From Cetorhinus maximus (taxonomy: Eukaryota): a stretch of DNA of 64,000 nucleotides. Shown here in pieces: positions 11,255 to 25,352 of this stretch. The stretch spans positions 12,090,001 to 12,154,000 of the forward strand of contig NC_135909.1 in assembly GCF_964194155.1 (NCBI RefSeq), written 5' to 3'. The position numbers and the translations under genes are program-made. The notes under the pieces are model-generated. The model made no database searches. It was not told the DNA's origin and was given only the letters and a program-made list of their open reading frames with translations. Every line of letters starts with the position of its first letter. Position 1 is the first letter of the stretch.

Positions 11255-11700
11255 TAGTCTAATTTTGGGCACCAAACCTTTGGAAATACTTGAAGGTTTT
11301 AGAAAGAGTGCAGAAAAGCTTTATAAGAATGGTTGTAAGGGTGAGGGGCTTTAGTTACAATGTTCAAAATAATGAGTGTTCTAGACATAGTAGATAATGA
11401 TAAAACGGTCCTGTGGGCAGTAGGCATCGATTTATGGTGGTTGGCAAAAGTACTAATGGAGGAATCAGGAAAAATCTTTTTATGCAGGAAGTCATTAGGA
11501 TCTGCAACTCACTGCCTGAGAATGTGCTAGAGACAGTGGAAAGTGGGTTTGTCAAAAGGGAATTGGATAAGCACCTGAAGGGAAAAGGTTTGCCAGGCTG
11601 TGGTGAGAGGGCTGGGGATCAGAAGTAGCTGAGTGGCTCTGGTGGAGAACAACAACAGACACGAAGGGCCGAATGGCCTCTTGCTGTGCTGTAAGTATTC
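11255..11700 (+). mobile_element. CR1 3' fragment
   Basis: RKNLFMQEVIRICNSLPENV...KRELDKHL and tail gaagggccgaatggcctc. Confidence 0.75.
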
Positions 11701-13500
11701 TAAGCGTGTATGTATTTAATTGTAGGATTCATTCTGTCTCACTATCTCTCTGGTAAAGGATTTGAGTGTCTGATTCATTATGTATCTGTCAGTCCCTAGG
11801 GATGTGTGTGTATGTTTCACTCTGTATTGCTGTCTCTAGTACACTGTGTGAGTGTGAGGTGAATATACTTCATTGGGCCATCTGGTCGAATTGGTACATT
11901 ATTCCACAAGATACTCCACCCAGAATACTTCATGTACCATTATCTGCTGATCCATGAAATCCATTCTCCCTCCTATACTTACCTCGCTTTCCCTTAAATA
12001 CAGCTGCGCTAATCGACTCAACTGCTCAAGGCGACAACAACTTCCAAATTCTACAGATTCCATAAATTATATTGAATTTGTTAATCGGATTTAATACTCA
12101 TATCTCTGTGTCGACCCTATCACATCCCATCACTTATTCCTCACATTGGCCTGTTTCTGCAACACCAACAGTTCATGTGAGTTCCCTCCGCTCTGTTGCA
12201 GTTCTCGGTTCTAGCCAGTAGAGGTCAGCACACTCTGCTAGGTCGAAGTTTACAGATCAGAGATGGACACAACAGGCAAGAATTGTTCACATTATATTGG
12301 GAGGGGAAGGGATTTATTCTGTATCTGTCACTCACTGGTGCTTTGTGAAAGACACTCTGAACCTGTCAGTCTTGTTTACCGTATGTGAGTGTGGATACAT
12401 TCTCTGTGGAACTGTAGGTGAATGTTGAATTCATTCTGCTTCTGTTGATATCTGGTACAATATATCTGAGTCACAGTCAGTCTGTATCTTGCATTTCCAG
12501 GTGCTGCATGAGTGTTGGGTCACGTTTTGAGCCTGGCAGTGGAATGGTGCGTGTGCAATGGATGTGTTCTATCAGTCACTTTCTGGTATTGCAAGTGAGC
12601 TCGGTACTCACTGTGAATTTCTTAATGGTGGTGGTGGTTTGTGAGTGTTCATGTGTTTCACTCTTTGCCAGTCACTGCTACTTTATGTGAATGTGGAAAC
12701 CATTCAGAATCTGATTGTCTCTGGCATTCCTGGGAGTGAAGTTTCAGACTGCACTTGTTATTCACTGGAACTGTGTAGGTGTTTGGCAGGCATTCTGATC
12801 TGTCACTAGGGGAGTAGGTGAGTGTAGGATTCATATTCCAAATTTCATTGTCTCGCAGTCTATAGGAACTGGGCATGATTTTGTACCTGAATGTCTCTGG
12901 TGTTGTTTTTGAGCAGGACAATCATATATATCTGTCAGGCTCTTCTAATGTGTGGGTTTAATTCTGGATCTGTCAATGGCATTCTATGTCTGTGGTATTG
13001 TTATGTAGGTTGGGAATCACATGTGTCTTTCATTCCCTCGTGCTGTTTGTGAGCATGAGATTCATTCCATATCTGTCATTCGGATTAATTCTGTATCTGT
13101 CAGTGTCTGCTACTGTATGAAATTGTGCGATTCAATTGGTATATTTCATTCACTAGTATTGTATGTGGAAGTGGATTTATTGTGAGCTTGTGTGTGTGTC
13201 TGTGTGTGTGTGCGTGTGGACTTCCATTTGTTTCTGTCAGCACTTGTTACTCTATGTGACTCTTGGACCCTTTCTACAGTCTCTCAGTGGTATCATTGGT
13301 GTGTCAGAAAAATTTTGTATCATGCACACTCAAATATTGTGAGTGAGTGCAGTGAACAGCTTGTGTCTCTCAGCATCTGGCACTGAACATGTGTTTGAGA
13401 ATTATTCTCTATCTGTCAGTCTCTGGTACTCTGGGTGGGAATGGGATTTATCATGTAACCTTCAGTGTCTGGGATTGTTCGTAAGATTGGGTTAATTGTA
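11700..13500 (+). repeat. Degenerate ~46-bp tandem repeat, approximate consensus GGATTCATTCTGTATCTGTCAGTCTCTGGTACTGTATGTGAGTGTG (interrupted about 11870-12300)
   Basis: Recurrent attc(a)ttctgtatctgtcagt motif at about 45-bp spacing. Confidence 0.75.
12197..12229 (+). promoter_or_regulatory. Candidate CTCF site with upstream motif
   Basis: TGCAGTTC followed by core CCAGTAGAGGTCAGC (12215-12229) at the expected spacing. Confidence 0.55.
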
Positions 13501-14546
13501 TATAAATTTCCAGCACAGCCACAGGCCACTAATGTGGTCAGCTTAAGCAAACTATATGTGGGAGTTTTGGCGCAGTATTAAATCTATGTCATTTTGAACA
13601 CAATTGGGAAAGATAATGCATCCTTTAATCTGATACTGGATGGGTGTGCAAGTGTAACTCAAGTTGTACTAATCGATTTGATCTGTGACATTCAGTCTGA
13701 TTCTGAGTAAGAACTTTGACATGAACGTAAAATGGAGCTCAGTCTGGAATTGTTACAGTATTTCCATTTGACACTGTGTGAGGATGGAGGATTAGTATGT
13801 AATCTATAGCTCAGTTCATATTCATCAAATTGATATTGTCTATTTTAGTTTCATAATCAGGGTGAGTTTTAAACTAGAAACTGAATTTCTGTCTCAGGTT
13901 ATCCTAGCTTTCAGGATATCTCAAACTGATAATGTACTTGAGATTTGAACTTGTATCTCAGATATATGTCACGACACATTATGGGAATTAATAGTGCAAT
14001 TTATAAACTCATGGCATGTGCGAATACTGGACTGGTAATTAACATGAATCTCAGCGTGCATCATTAAGGTTTAGCCTGTGAGCTTGCAACTGGAAACATG
14101 TCAGTTTCACCTGATATTTAACTTGTAGCGAAGGCAGCACTATTGTGAGACTGACCCAGTGAGAATTTGATAGTGGGTGAGAATTTGGACTGGGATTTAT
14201 GGACACTCCAGTCTGCGGGTGAAATGGATACTATGTCTATCTCTCCTGCTCTGTTTGATTCGTGGATGGAAAATGACTCAGGATGTATTTATGCTGCCTG
14301 AGACTGTGAAACTGATGACCTGTCTGTGTCTCTGTGCTCTGTCAGTGATAATGTACATACTGTGTGTGAGAAGGAGCTGGCGGGAATCTTCATTCCAATT
14401 TGGCTGGACGAAACATCTCATTTATTCTGGTTCCTTCAATTATTTGCCTGCTGGAAAAAAGGATATTTTAGAATTCATCTACAGGTGAGGTATAAGATAC
14501 TGATTCCATGAGTTTAATCTCTTGATCAATAATCATTATGAATGGT

Positions 14547-16470
14547 CTGGGAAGTCTGGGAAGAGTGCCCTCTGCAATTACCGTCGTCGTGAAGCAGTCT
14601 CGGAAGAGTTTCCATAAATTCGGCCAGTGGTCAGGGACAGGAGGGTGTGACTATGAGTGGCACAGGTAGAGGAATCCAGGAAGTAGCACTGCAGGAGCCT
14701 CAGTCCTTGCCATTAACCAACAGGTTTGAGATTCTTGCTCCCTGTGTGGATGAGAGCGGGGACTGTAGGGAGGATGAGCAAACTGACCATAGCACCATGG
14801 CACAGGGAGCCATTCAAGTGGGGGGAGAAAAGAGAAATGTAGCTGTACTCGGGGATAGTATAGTTAGGGGAATGATACTGTTCTCTGTAGCCAGGATTGA
14901 GAGTCCCGAAGGCTGTGTTCCCTACCTGGTGCCAGGGTTAGGGATATCTCATCTGGGATGCAGAGGAACTTGGAGTGGGTGGGGAAAGATCCAGTTGTCG
15001 TGGTCCACGGAGGCACCAACGATAGAGGTAGAACAAGGAAAGAGGTTCTGCTGAGGGAATACAAGCAGCTAGGGGCTAAATTAAAAAGCAGAACCAAAAA
15101 GGTAATAATCTCCTACCTGAGCCACAAGCTAATTGGTATCGGGTCAATAAGATTAAAGAGGTGAATGTGTGGCTCAAAGTTTGGTGTGGGAGAAATGGGT
15201 TCAAATTCATGGGACATTGGCACTAGTACTGGGGAAAGAGGGAGCTATTCCATTTGGATCAGCTCCACTTTAATCAGGCTGGGACCAGTGTCCTGGCGAA
15301 TTGTATAACTAGGGTTGTAGATAGGGTTTTAAACTAAATAGTGGCGGGGGCTGGGGTTCAGTTGCATGGAAAGAGAAAAATCAATGTTTAAGGAGAGGGT
15401 AAGAGTGCAGGTTAGTGACGAGGCTGATTGTTCCCAAGAAGTGAAAGGAAGGGACAGAGTGTGTGAACACCATATTGCACCAAAGAATCATAAAAGCATA
15501 GGGACAATTGAGAACAGGGCAAACTTAAAGGCTTTGTATCTGAATGTGTGTAGCATTCAGAATAAAACTAATGAGTTAAAAGCACAAATAGAGATAAATA
15601 GGTTTGACTTGGTGGCGATTACTGAGACGTGGTTACAGGGAGAACAGGTAAGTGAGCTGAATATCCAAGGGTACTCAGTGTTTCAGAAGGATAGGCAGGA
15701 AGGAAAAGGAGGTGATGTAGCATTGTTAGTAAAGGAAGGGAACAGTGCTATAGTGAGGAATCAAATAGGCACTGGAGAGCAAGATGTAGAGTCAGTGTGC
15801 GTAGAAATAAGATTTCATGCATGAATTGCTGAAAGCTAGTATACAGGCACAGCAGGTAATAAGAAAGGCAAATGGATTTGTGGCATTTATTGCTAAAGGA
15901 ATAGGGTATAAGAATAGGGAATTGTTGTGGCGACTTTACAAGGCATTGGTGAGATTGCACCTGGAGTACTGTGCACTGTCTTGGTCCCCTTACTTGATGA
16001 AGGATGTATTTGCATTGGGAGCAGTTCAGAGGTGGTTCACTAGATTGATTCCAGAGATGCGGGTCTTGTCATAAGAGGAGAGATTGAGCAGTTTAGGCCT
16101 AAACTCGCTGGAGTTTAGAAGTGTGAGAGGAGACCTAATTGAGATGCTAAAGGGGATAGACAAAGTAGACATGGAGCACATGTTTCCCCTTGTGGGGCAT
16201 TCTAGAACGAGAGGCAATAGTTTTAGGCTGAGGGGTGATAGATTTAAATCAGGGGTGAGGAAGAATTACTTTTCTCAAAGGGTTGTGAAACAGCTGAATA
16301 AATTTAAGGAGGAGATAAACAGATTTTTAATTAGTAACGGGTTGAAAGGTTATGGGGAGAGGGCGGGAAATTGGAGTTGAGGCCGAAATGAGATCAGCCA
16401 TGATTGTATTGAATGGCGGGGTAGGCTCGAGGGGCTGAATTGCCTACTCCTGCTTCTTGTTCTTATGTTC
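14547..16470 (+). mobile_element. CR1 LINE with SGNH-esterase ORF1, internally deleted ORF2 and 11-bp TSD
   Basis: LTNRFEIL, GDSIVRG, VVVHGGTND (ORF1); YLNVCSIQNK, AITETWL (APE endonuclease). Jumps at about 15812 to the RT C-terminus (QQVIRKANG). TSD ttatgaatggt at 14536-14546 and 16471-16481. Confidence 0.9.
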
Positions 16471-16629
16471 TTATGAATGGTTTGAGAGGCTGTAGCCAGA
16501 TTCTAGCTCTGATTGGACAGACCCTTCTCGATCCAATTCTCAACTAATCAGAGAGCCAGGTAGAAGAAACTGTAAGTTCTGACTGGCTTATATTTTCATA
16601 TTTGAAAAGCCTGCCAATTTCAGATCATG

Positions 16630-18750
16630 TGTGGATAATTCTATTTCCAGCAATTTCTGGTACTGAATGAAACTTTGGGATTCATGCTGTACCTTCTAAT
16701 TCTGTGACTTGTACATGAGAGAGGTTTGTTCTATATCTGTCAATCTCCATTTTTTTTATGTGATGGTGGAATTAATTCTCTATCTGCTAATCTTGTACCA
16801 TGTGAGACTATAGGATTCTCTCTGTATCTGTCACTTGCTGAACTGCATGTGTGTGAGGGATTTATTATGTATCTGTCAGTCTCTGTTTCTGTATGCAAGT
16901 GCTGATATCAACCTGTACTGCGGAGTCTCTGCTCTGCTCTGTGAGTGTGGTCACATTCACTGTCTGTCATTGTTGTGTGTGACTGTGGGATTCATTCTGT
17001 GATCATCAGCCCTTGGGACTCAGCCAGTGTGAGAGTCAGTCTGCATCTCTCCATCTCTCATCCATTGTCAGGTTAATTCTGTAACTGACATTCATTGGAG
17101 CTGTGTTGTTATGGCCTTAATTCTGCATCTGTTAGCCTCTGGTTTGGGATGTGGATTTGGGACATATTCCATATCTGACAGACTCTGGTGCTGAATGTGA
17201 CAATCAATTTAACTTTCTATCTGTCAGTCTTAATGCAAAATAATTTGTAATTGTGTATCTGTCTGTCTATGGTACTGTATGTGAGTATGGGATGAATTAT
17301 GTACCTGTCAGTCATGGAACTGAATGTGATTTTGTGACCCATTCCATCTGTCAGTCCCCAGAATTACAAGTGAATGTGGAGCTCATTCGGAAGCTGCCAA
17401 TATCTGGAAGTGAGTGTGAGTTTGAGGTCAGTTCTGCAGTCATCTGTTTTTGACTACATGTGTGCTTCATTCATTCTGTATGTAACAGTCTCTGGGCCTG
17501 TAACCAAATGTTGATTTCTCTCTGTATCTGTCAGTTGTGGGACTGTGTATGAGTGCAGGATAAATTATATGAATGTCATTCTCTGATACTATGTCAGTGT
17601 GGGATTCGATTTGCTTCAATATATCACTTGTGAAATAAAAAAGTGTTCTATTCCGTGCTTCCTTTCAGTTACCTGTAAAGTGCAATATTGTTGCATTCAA
17701 TCTGTATGTGTCCAAGTCTTGTCTTGCATTTGGATTTATTATTCTTTCTGTATCAGTAGGTCCAGGGTAATTTACATGAGAGGGAGATTAATTGCAACCG
17801 TAACATCTGTGAATGTGGCACTCAGGCTTTTGCTGTCCATATCTGGAAATAATTGTGTCACTGATGTTGATTTTACTTTTTTCTTCATCTATTAATGTCT
17901 GTGAATGAGATTTGTCTTCTGCCTGTCAGTCGGTGGCACTTTAAATGACTGCTTTTGGTCTGTGCCTTATTGTCTTTATCTGTGTGTAGTCCTGTGGGGT
18001 TTCTTTTCTACATTTCAGGGTTTGGTCCTCTGTATAAAGTGGGATTAATGCAGTGTATGTCAGTTTCTGGTGAGTGTGGACATACCTCTGTATTAGTCAA
18101 TCTCTCAAACTGAATGTGAGTGTGCATTAATTCAGTTTTCATCAGCATCTGGCCCACACTGAGGGTGGGAATCATCCAATATTTGTCAGTTTCTGGTATT
18201 GTATGTGAATGTGCTGCTTCATTCTGAGTCATTGCCTTGTAAAGGGTGTGTGTGGGGGGTTTATTTCTACCTGTCACTGTGCAATACCGAATGGGATTAT
18301 GAGCTTCATTCTGTATTTTTCAATCTCTACTGCTCGATGTGAATGTGTTTATTTTTGGCCGTCAGTCTCAGGTACAATAAGAGACTCTGGAATTTATTAT
18401 ACCTTTGCCAGTCTCTGATAGGGTATGTGACAGTGGGCTACATTCTACATCTTTTACTCAATGGCAATGCAAATGAAAGTAACTTTTATTCTGTATTTGT
18501 CAATCCCTGGATTAAATGTGTATTTGGAATTTGTTGTTCTTATGTCTGTTTCTAGACTTTCATGTGTGTGTGGGGTTCATTCTCGATCTATGTGTCTCTG
18601 CCATTGAATGCAAGTGTGGGAGTTTTCTGTATTGGTACCTAACCTGCATCTCAGGCATGATCTACAGGCTACATTCAGTAGTTCTGTGTGAGTTGTGCAG
18701 TGGTATTAAATTTGTATCTGTGAGAACAAATTGAAGTGATAATATTCGCA
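16630..18750 (+). repeat. Degenerate ~46-bp satellite array
   Basis: Many copies of gattc/tattctgtatctgtcagtctctgg...tgtgagtgtg. Confidence 0.8.
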
Positions 18751-19699
18751 TCAATCTGATGCATGGTCCATTATGTAATTCCTGCAGTTTGAAAAAAACA
18801 GAATTCATACTTTAATTGTACATTCTAGTCTAACACTTCGTCAGATTTTGGAACTGGTATTTAATGTGTAGCTCACTCTACATTCTGTGGTGCTTAGTAG
18901 CAATTCATCCTGCATCTTACACTAAGGTAAATGTTGTCTGATGTAGTTAATAACTGGCCAAGGTGACTCCGTGTATTTAAATCAAATAGTGGCTGTGCTT
19001 TTGCCCTGGGATTGATGTACCTAGTCCTCAGGTGTACTGGGTTGGAGGGAAATGGAATCAACTTCCCCAACCAATGATCTTTTTGACTCTTATATTGAAA
19101 GGGCGCCTCTCAACCTTGGGGTCTATGTCGGTCTCTATATGATATATTTTGGCCTAAAGACCTGGCAGTATCTCTGGGCTTTGTGAGTGATATTGTACTT
19201 ACTGTGAGTTGGAATCATCACGCTACACTTTTCCTTGTTTCGAGGAATCATCCGGTTCCATCAATTCTTTCCGTACACACAGAAAACATAACTCCATTAC
19301 CCGAAGAATAGGTGAAGTAGAAGATACAAAAGTGATCAATGTATTTTAAAAATAACTTATTATAACGAACAATCAACAAAGCAAAACTAGCAGCATATCA
19401 GTGTCTGACCCCATCACGGTACTGGAGCAATCTGTTTCTGCTCATCTGCTATTTTGAGCGGTTTTACAACAATTTAATGACATTAGAAACAACCTGTCCT
19501 GTGCACTGCTCCTTGAATTAGACTATCCGATGGAGGAGTGACTTTCGCAAGAGTCAGGTTTCTATTTGCTGCTCCCTTTCAACTAACTGTACACCTGGAA
19601 ACAAGCAGGCACAGTTTTAAATGTCTCTTTCACACTTCTCACCTGGTGCCTGAAATTGATCTTCTTTGTGTAACTGGAAACATTGTTACTGTGCGGCTA

Positions 19700-20350
19700 T
19701 TTTCCCCGCCATTCTCTGTCCAATAACAAGGGACAGTGGGAGCCGGAACTAAGCCAGGAAGCTTCACTCGGGTTTGGGGAGAGAAAGCAGCAATGATCTT
19801 CAATGGCGAGTTCTTCTCACTCTGTCCAGACACTGCTCGAGAATGGCCTCTCCCTTCCCCCCGCTCACTCCATGTTCCGGGAGCAGCTCGTGTTCCAGGG
19901 AGCCCATTAAAAACAGCCGCCGCCTCCGCCTCAGCTGCCCGGACACTCAATGCCAATCTCTGAGCATATCTGCGGACGCGGCTCCAAACCGATGCGCTGC
20001 TTTAAGCAGATGCTGTTTGTTCACTTCCCTCTGGGGCGGTGATGTCTCCGATCGCTGCTGAATTAAACCCTATTCCGCTCACTGAGTGAATGACACTCTC
20101 GGCCATTGTTGGGGGAGGGGTTGCGCATGCGCTCTTATCCTCATTGTGACGACACCGCGGAAGGTTTAAAAAACGCATGCGCAGAACTCCGCGGCGACAA
20201 TTCAAACGCTAAAATCAATGGGAATTTTCCCCATTTCAATCTCATCACAGAGAGAACAAAATCTCCGAACCTGTGTCGGCGCGGGGGGCAAGGGGTGTTG
20301 GGTGCGAGTGGTCGTGTGGCGGGGGTACACTGGTGGGTAAAGGCCGCTTT
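19700..20350. promoter_or_regulatory. CpG-rich segment with NRF1-type motifs
   Basis: High CpG density against a CpG-depleted background; gcgcatgcgc near 20123 and cgcatgcgca near 20174. Confidence 0.55.
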
Positions 20351-20739
20351 ACAACATCAATTTTAACCCGAGATTCCCCCAGACAGCTTGTAAAATGCTG
20401 GAACCGTGTGTGTATGAGGATGGTGATGTTACTGAGGATGATTCCTGTTTTAGAATAGACTGTGTTTAGGTCGGAATATTACTGAGTGTTAATTATAACG
20501 AGAGCATATTTCAAAGCCCCGGGTTTGCGGAAACTCCTGACTGTGAAGCCCGGGTCTGTCCGGGTTTGTGTCTCGGTTCCATTGGTAATAAACGGGTTGA
20601 AATTGGCGGTTGCAGAAACTGGAGGAGGAGCTGAAAGATCAGGGGCTGTTCTCTCTCTGTCTGTCATTCCGGCTCTCTCCCCCCTCCCGCTCTCTGTTTA
20701 ATCTTCACTCTGTCTCCTCCCCTCCCTGCTCTCAAACCG

Positions 20740-20776
20740 CGTTTTTCAGTCAGGTCGGGGCGGGCTCTTTAAAAGA
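20740..20776 (+). promoter_or_regulatory. H4 promoter: H4 subtype element (HiNF-P/site II-like), GC box, TATA-like box
   Basis: gtttttcagtcaggtc, ggggcggg and tttaaaag, 60-90 bp upstream of the ATG. Confidence 0.7.
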
Positions 20777-20823
20777 GGAAAGTGAAGCAGCTCGTGTCTC
20801 ATATTCTGCAGTGATCTGAGTGA

Positions 20824-21144
<321 letters not shown>

Positions 21145-21178
21145 ACAACTCGACCCTTTCTACCAAACACACAACAAA

Positions 21179-21219
21179 GGCTCTTTTCAGAGCCACCCAC
21201 CACCTCACAGAGAGAGCAG
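21179..21219 (+). terminator. Histone 3' stem-loop and purine-rich downstream element (H4)
   Basis: GGCTCTTTTCAGAGCC at 21179-21194, then ACCCA and agagagcag. Confidence 0.95.
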
Positions 21220-21289
21220 AGACCTGGGAACGGGAGCTGGGATGGGCTGTGATCGGGAATGTTAGTGAGTGTCTGAAACAGAAAAAAGA

Positions 21290-21425
21290 GGACTAACGAA
21301 GAGTGAAACGGACTACAAACGCTAACTCTTTTCTATCCACAGAAGCTGTGAGACATACGGAGGTTTCCAGCATTTTCTGTTCTTAATTCAGATTTCCGGC
21401 ATCCGCAGTATTTTTCATTTATTTT
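21290..21425 (+). mobile_element. Decayed PLE 3' module
   Basis: ...aacgctaactcttttctatccacagaagctg...tttccagcattttctg...cagatttccggcatccgcagta. Confidence 0.65.
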
Positions 21426-21589
21426 AGTGCCTGATTTGTTCCGGGGTTCGGGGGGATGTGCTAAGTAACTCGATTTAATCGTTGTTTATTAACCTGGATG
21501 GCACATTCTCCACTGACGCTGAAAAACCTCTCCACTACTTCACATATTCCAAATGTTTTATTCTCGGTGACACCAGCCGTTCAATGCGT

Positions 21590-21695
21590 CAGTGGAGTTG
21601 AGGTTACAATCAGATCATCCATGATTTCACTGAATAGGATCAGTCTCGAAGGGCTGAGTGGCCTCCTCCTGCTCCGAAACTCAATGTTCCCACGT
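21590..21695 (+). mobile_element. CR1 3' tail fragment
   Basis: ggagttgaggttacaatcagatcatccatgat...cgaagggctgagtggcctcctcctgctcc. Confidence 0.7.
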
Positions 21696-21784
21696 CTGTT
21701 CGTGAAGTTACTGACAGGGTTTGGGAAACTGAACAGTTTCAGCTCAGCCACTCGGCGACCTGGAATTCCCGCAGTCTGAGTCGG

Positions 21785-21910
21785 ACTCTAGCTCTGATTG
21801 GTCACCGTCTTCTTTGTCTAATTCTTAACCAATCGCAGAGTCATGTGGATGAGGTCGAAAATTATGATTGGTTTATTTTTCTTCGAATTCGAAAAGCCCG
21901 CCAATTCCAG
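21785..21910. promoter_or_regulatory. Orphan CCAAT x3 plus E2F/CHR-like module
   Basis: ATTGG 21797, CCAAT 21829, ATTGG 21867, ttcgaaaagcccgccaa about 21888-21904. Related copies at 16500-16625 and 44555-44660. Confidence 0.55.
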
Positions 21911-22494
21911 TGTTGGAATATACAAGATAACCTTAATTTTCAGGCAACAATTTTTAATCTCTCACTTTATGATCTGTTATATGGCACTCCCTTTCACAAA
22001 ATCTTGGCGCTATTTTAGGAACAGTCTGAATTTGTCAATCTCCTTTCAGGAAATGGGATCTGTCAGGCCGGGAACAGCTGGAGAATCGAGCCGGTCCCTT
22101 TCCCCGCTCATTATCGTCATGATCTGCCCAGAAAGAGGGCAATGGGAAGGGGTCTGAAGCCCCCAGCACCGGTTCCATTTTATTACCCACTCCAGACCTC
22201 GAAGCGAGCGGCGATTTTAAGGTTTGGTTGTGCTGTAGGGAGCAATGGACAGTCCTTCAATTTTTGCCTGCGAAATCCAGCACTGACTGTACACAGTTCA
22301 AACAACAGACTGGTGTTTCTGTCCAAAAATGTGGAGGTTCACCAGGATGATGCCGGGTTTAAAAATTTTCGGAATAGGTTAAATGAACAGGAATTTCATT
22401 CGGGTTAGGAAATAATGATTTGCAGTGAAAATTTTTAATTTTAAAAATGGAAGAACAAAGCCTTCTGATGTCGAGGCGGTAAACAGCTGGAAAT

Positions 22495-23130
<636 letters not shown>

Positions 23131-23159
23131 AACCCGGCTTCAGCACCAAGTACAACAAC

Positions 23160-23200
23160 GGCTCTTTTAAGAGCCACTAAATCGACAAATGAAAGAGCTG
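23160..23200 (+). terminator. Histone stem-loop and downstream element (H3)
   Basis: GGCTCTTTTAAGAGCC at 23160-23175; aaagagctg at 23192-23200. Confidence 0.95.
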
Positions 23201-23747
23201 CGATATCCTGTTTACAAATCCAGCACTTAGACATTGCTTAGATACAGTTCACTAAGTTGCAACAGTTTATTTTTTGTTCTCTACAAACCTATTTTGTGGG
23301 ATTGACAATCACAGACGATGCAGTTGTAAATTGTAGCGCAGATGGTGTCTTAATTTCAACAGAAAATTGGGACTGCGGTCACCTTAGTGCTCTAGGATAC
23401 TTACAATAAATGGCGGCGCTGATAATGTATTAAATACTGCGAGCAGACATCAATCCCGGGCAAAGGGTGAGCTGCGGGTTACAAGTCAGTGCCCAATAAA
23501 GGCAACGCCCTGAGCAACAAACGTGTATCCCTCCGGTGCACAGATATACCATAGAATATAAAAGAATTTGCATAGCACAGGAGGCCATTCATTCCTTTCG
23601 TGTCTGCATTTGCTCTCCAAATGAGTGTTATGACCTAAAGCTTCCCCCCGCCCCCAGGTCTGGCAGCATCTGTGTGGGGACAGAGTTACCGTCCCGAATC
23701 GGCATTACGCTTCATCAGAGCCAGAATGAAATGAGTTCAGACAGTGA

Positions 23748-23789
23748 GCAGCCCTTTCAATGATCCTGTGAGTGGCTCTGAAAAGAGCC
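23748..23789 (-). terminator. Histone stem-loop and downstream element (H2A copy 1)
   Basis: Reverse complement GGCTCTTTTCAGAGCC at 23774-23789, then gaaagggctg. Confidence 0.95.
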
Positions 23790-23819
23790 TTTGGGTTATT
23801 AGATTAAGGAATGGCCGCT

Positions 23820-24221
<402 letters not shown>

Positions 24222-24267
24222 TCACAAATAATTTCACAAAGAATGAGGAAATGCGCTCGCATTCGCT

Positions 24268-24475
24268 TCTCTTATAGCTTCGGGAGGAATGGTGCTGCGG
24301 GCATTGCTGATTGGTCACTTTGTTGCTGCATCTCATAATGTTGTTCACATCACCAATCAGATATCTACTGAACTCACCAATCCGGAGACTCTACGGATGA
24401 GGGCGGAAAATTACGGCGCCAAATTTTGAGATTCCAACTGATTTTTCTTTCAAATTTTAAAAGCCCGCCAAATTT
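24268..24475 (-). promoter_or_regulatory. H2A copy 1 promoter (TATA, CCAAT x3, E2F/CHR-like sites)
   Basis: ctataag ~24272; attgg/ccaat ~24310, 24353, 24377; ggcgccaaa ~24415; gcccgccaaa ~24463. Conserved at 43095-43300. Confidence 0.75.
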
Positions 24476-24523
24476 GTAAAAAAGAAGCCAAAAAAAAAAC
24501 GGACGAACATAGTACTAATTGGA

Positions 24524-24611
24524 TAAAAGCAAAATACTGGTGATGCTGGAAATCTGAAACAAAAATACCTGGAAAAATTCATCTGCGGAGAGGAACAAAG
24601 TTGACGTTTCG
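24524..24611 (-). mobile_element. 88-bp PLE 3' module insertion with 13-bp TSD
   Basis: agtactaattgga at 24511-24523 and 24612-24624; a single copy of the site in the paralog near 43048-43061. Confidence 0.88.
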
Positions 24612-25352
24612 AGTACTAATTGGAAATGGTTATTCAGTATTTAGTATTCGAATGTTATATTCACTTCATCTCTCTCTCTTTCCCTGGACTACATTTTTTT
24701 GTATATTTCAGTTTTTGATTTTCTGTCTGGGTTTATGTGTATCTGAAAACAAGTCGAAAATAACGGCGCAAACTTATGGAATTTTTTTTTTTATTCGACA
24801 TCGAAATTACCTCCGATATATTTATAAAACAAGAAATACATTTCATATAGAAAATCCAGCTAATAGTGAACACGGTCTGACGACAAAGTTTTACAAATGT
24901 CCGTCCCTGATGGGACTATTTCACATTTTATCCTAAATTCCAGATCCGCTTTAAGAATCCGGCATCAATTCGAGATAATCTCGATCCGTCATGAAACCTT
25001 CTTAGCAGCCGGCTGAAAGTGCCATTTACATCGTTCTGCTGATAGACGGGAAATTGTAGATATTTGTGACAGCCAAAATTGAACATACTTGGAGTAAATT
25101 TGCCAGCGTCGAGACTGAAGGTTGCTACACAACCGGTGCTTACAGGAAATGAACTGATCGATTATTGAGGCCAAACTTGATCCAAATTGGAAACTGAATC
25201 ATTTACGTTCTATTCGCTCTCTCTCCAAAACCAGGGAAAGGGGTCGAATATGACGCGTCTTAAAACAAAGCGCAGAGGGTGAGCGGCAAGTCATTAATTT
25301 ATGGGGCATCATTAACGAGACCCAACAATTGAACGAGAATTAAATCTACATT

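Noticed and set aside
16630-18750. Cys/Val/Ser-rich short ORFs (zinc-finger-like?)
   Set aside because: Translations of the TG-rich satellite; the period is ~46 bp, not the 84 bp of C2H2 arrays.
20763-20778. ggctctttaaaagagg upstream of H4 resembling a histone stem-loop
   Set aside because: The stem is incomplete and the position matches the GC box/TATA of the H4 promoter.
23319-23350. Second CTCF-like site between H3 and H2A
   Set aside because: The core lacks the CC start and the spacing to the upstream motif is off.
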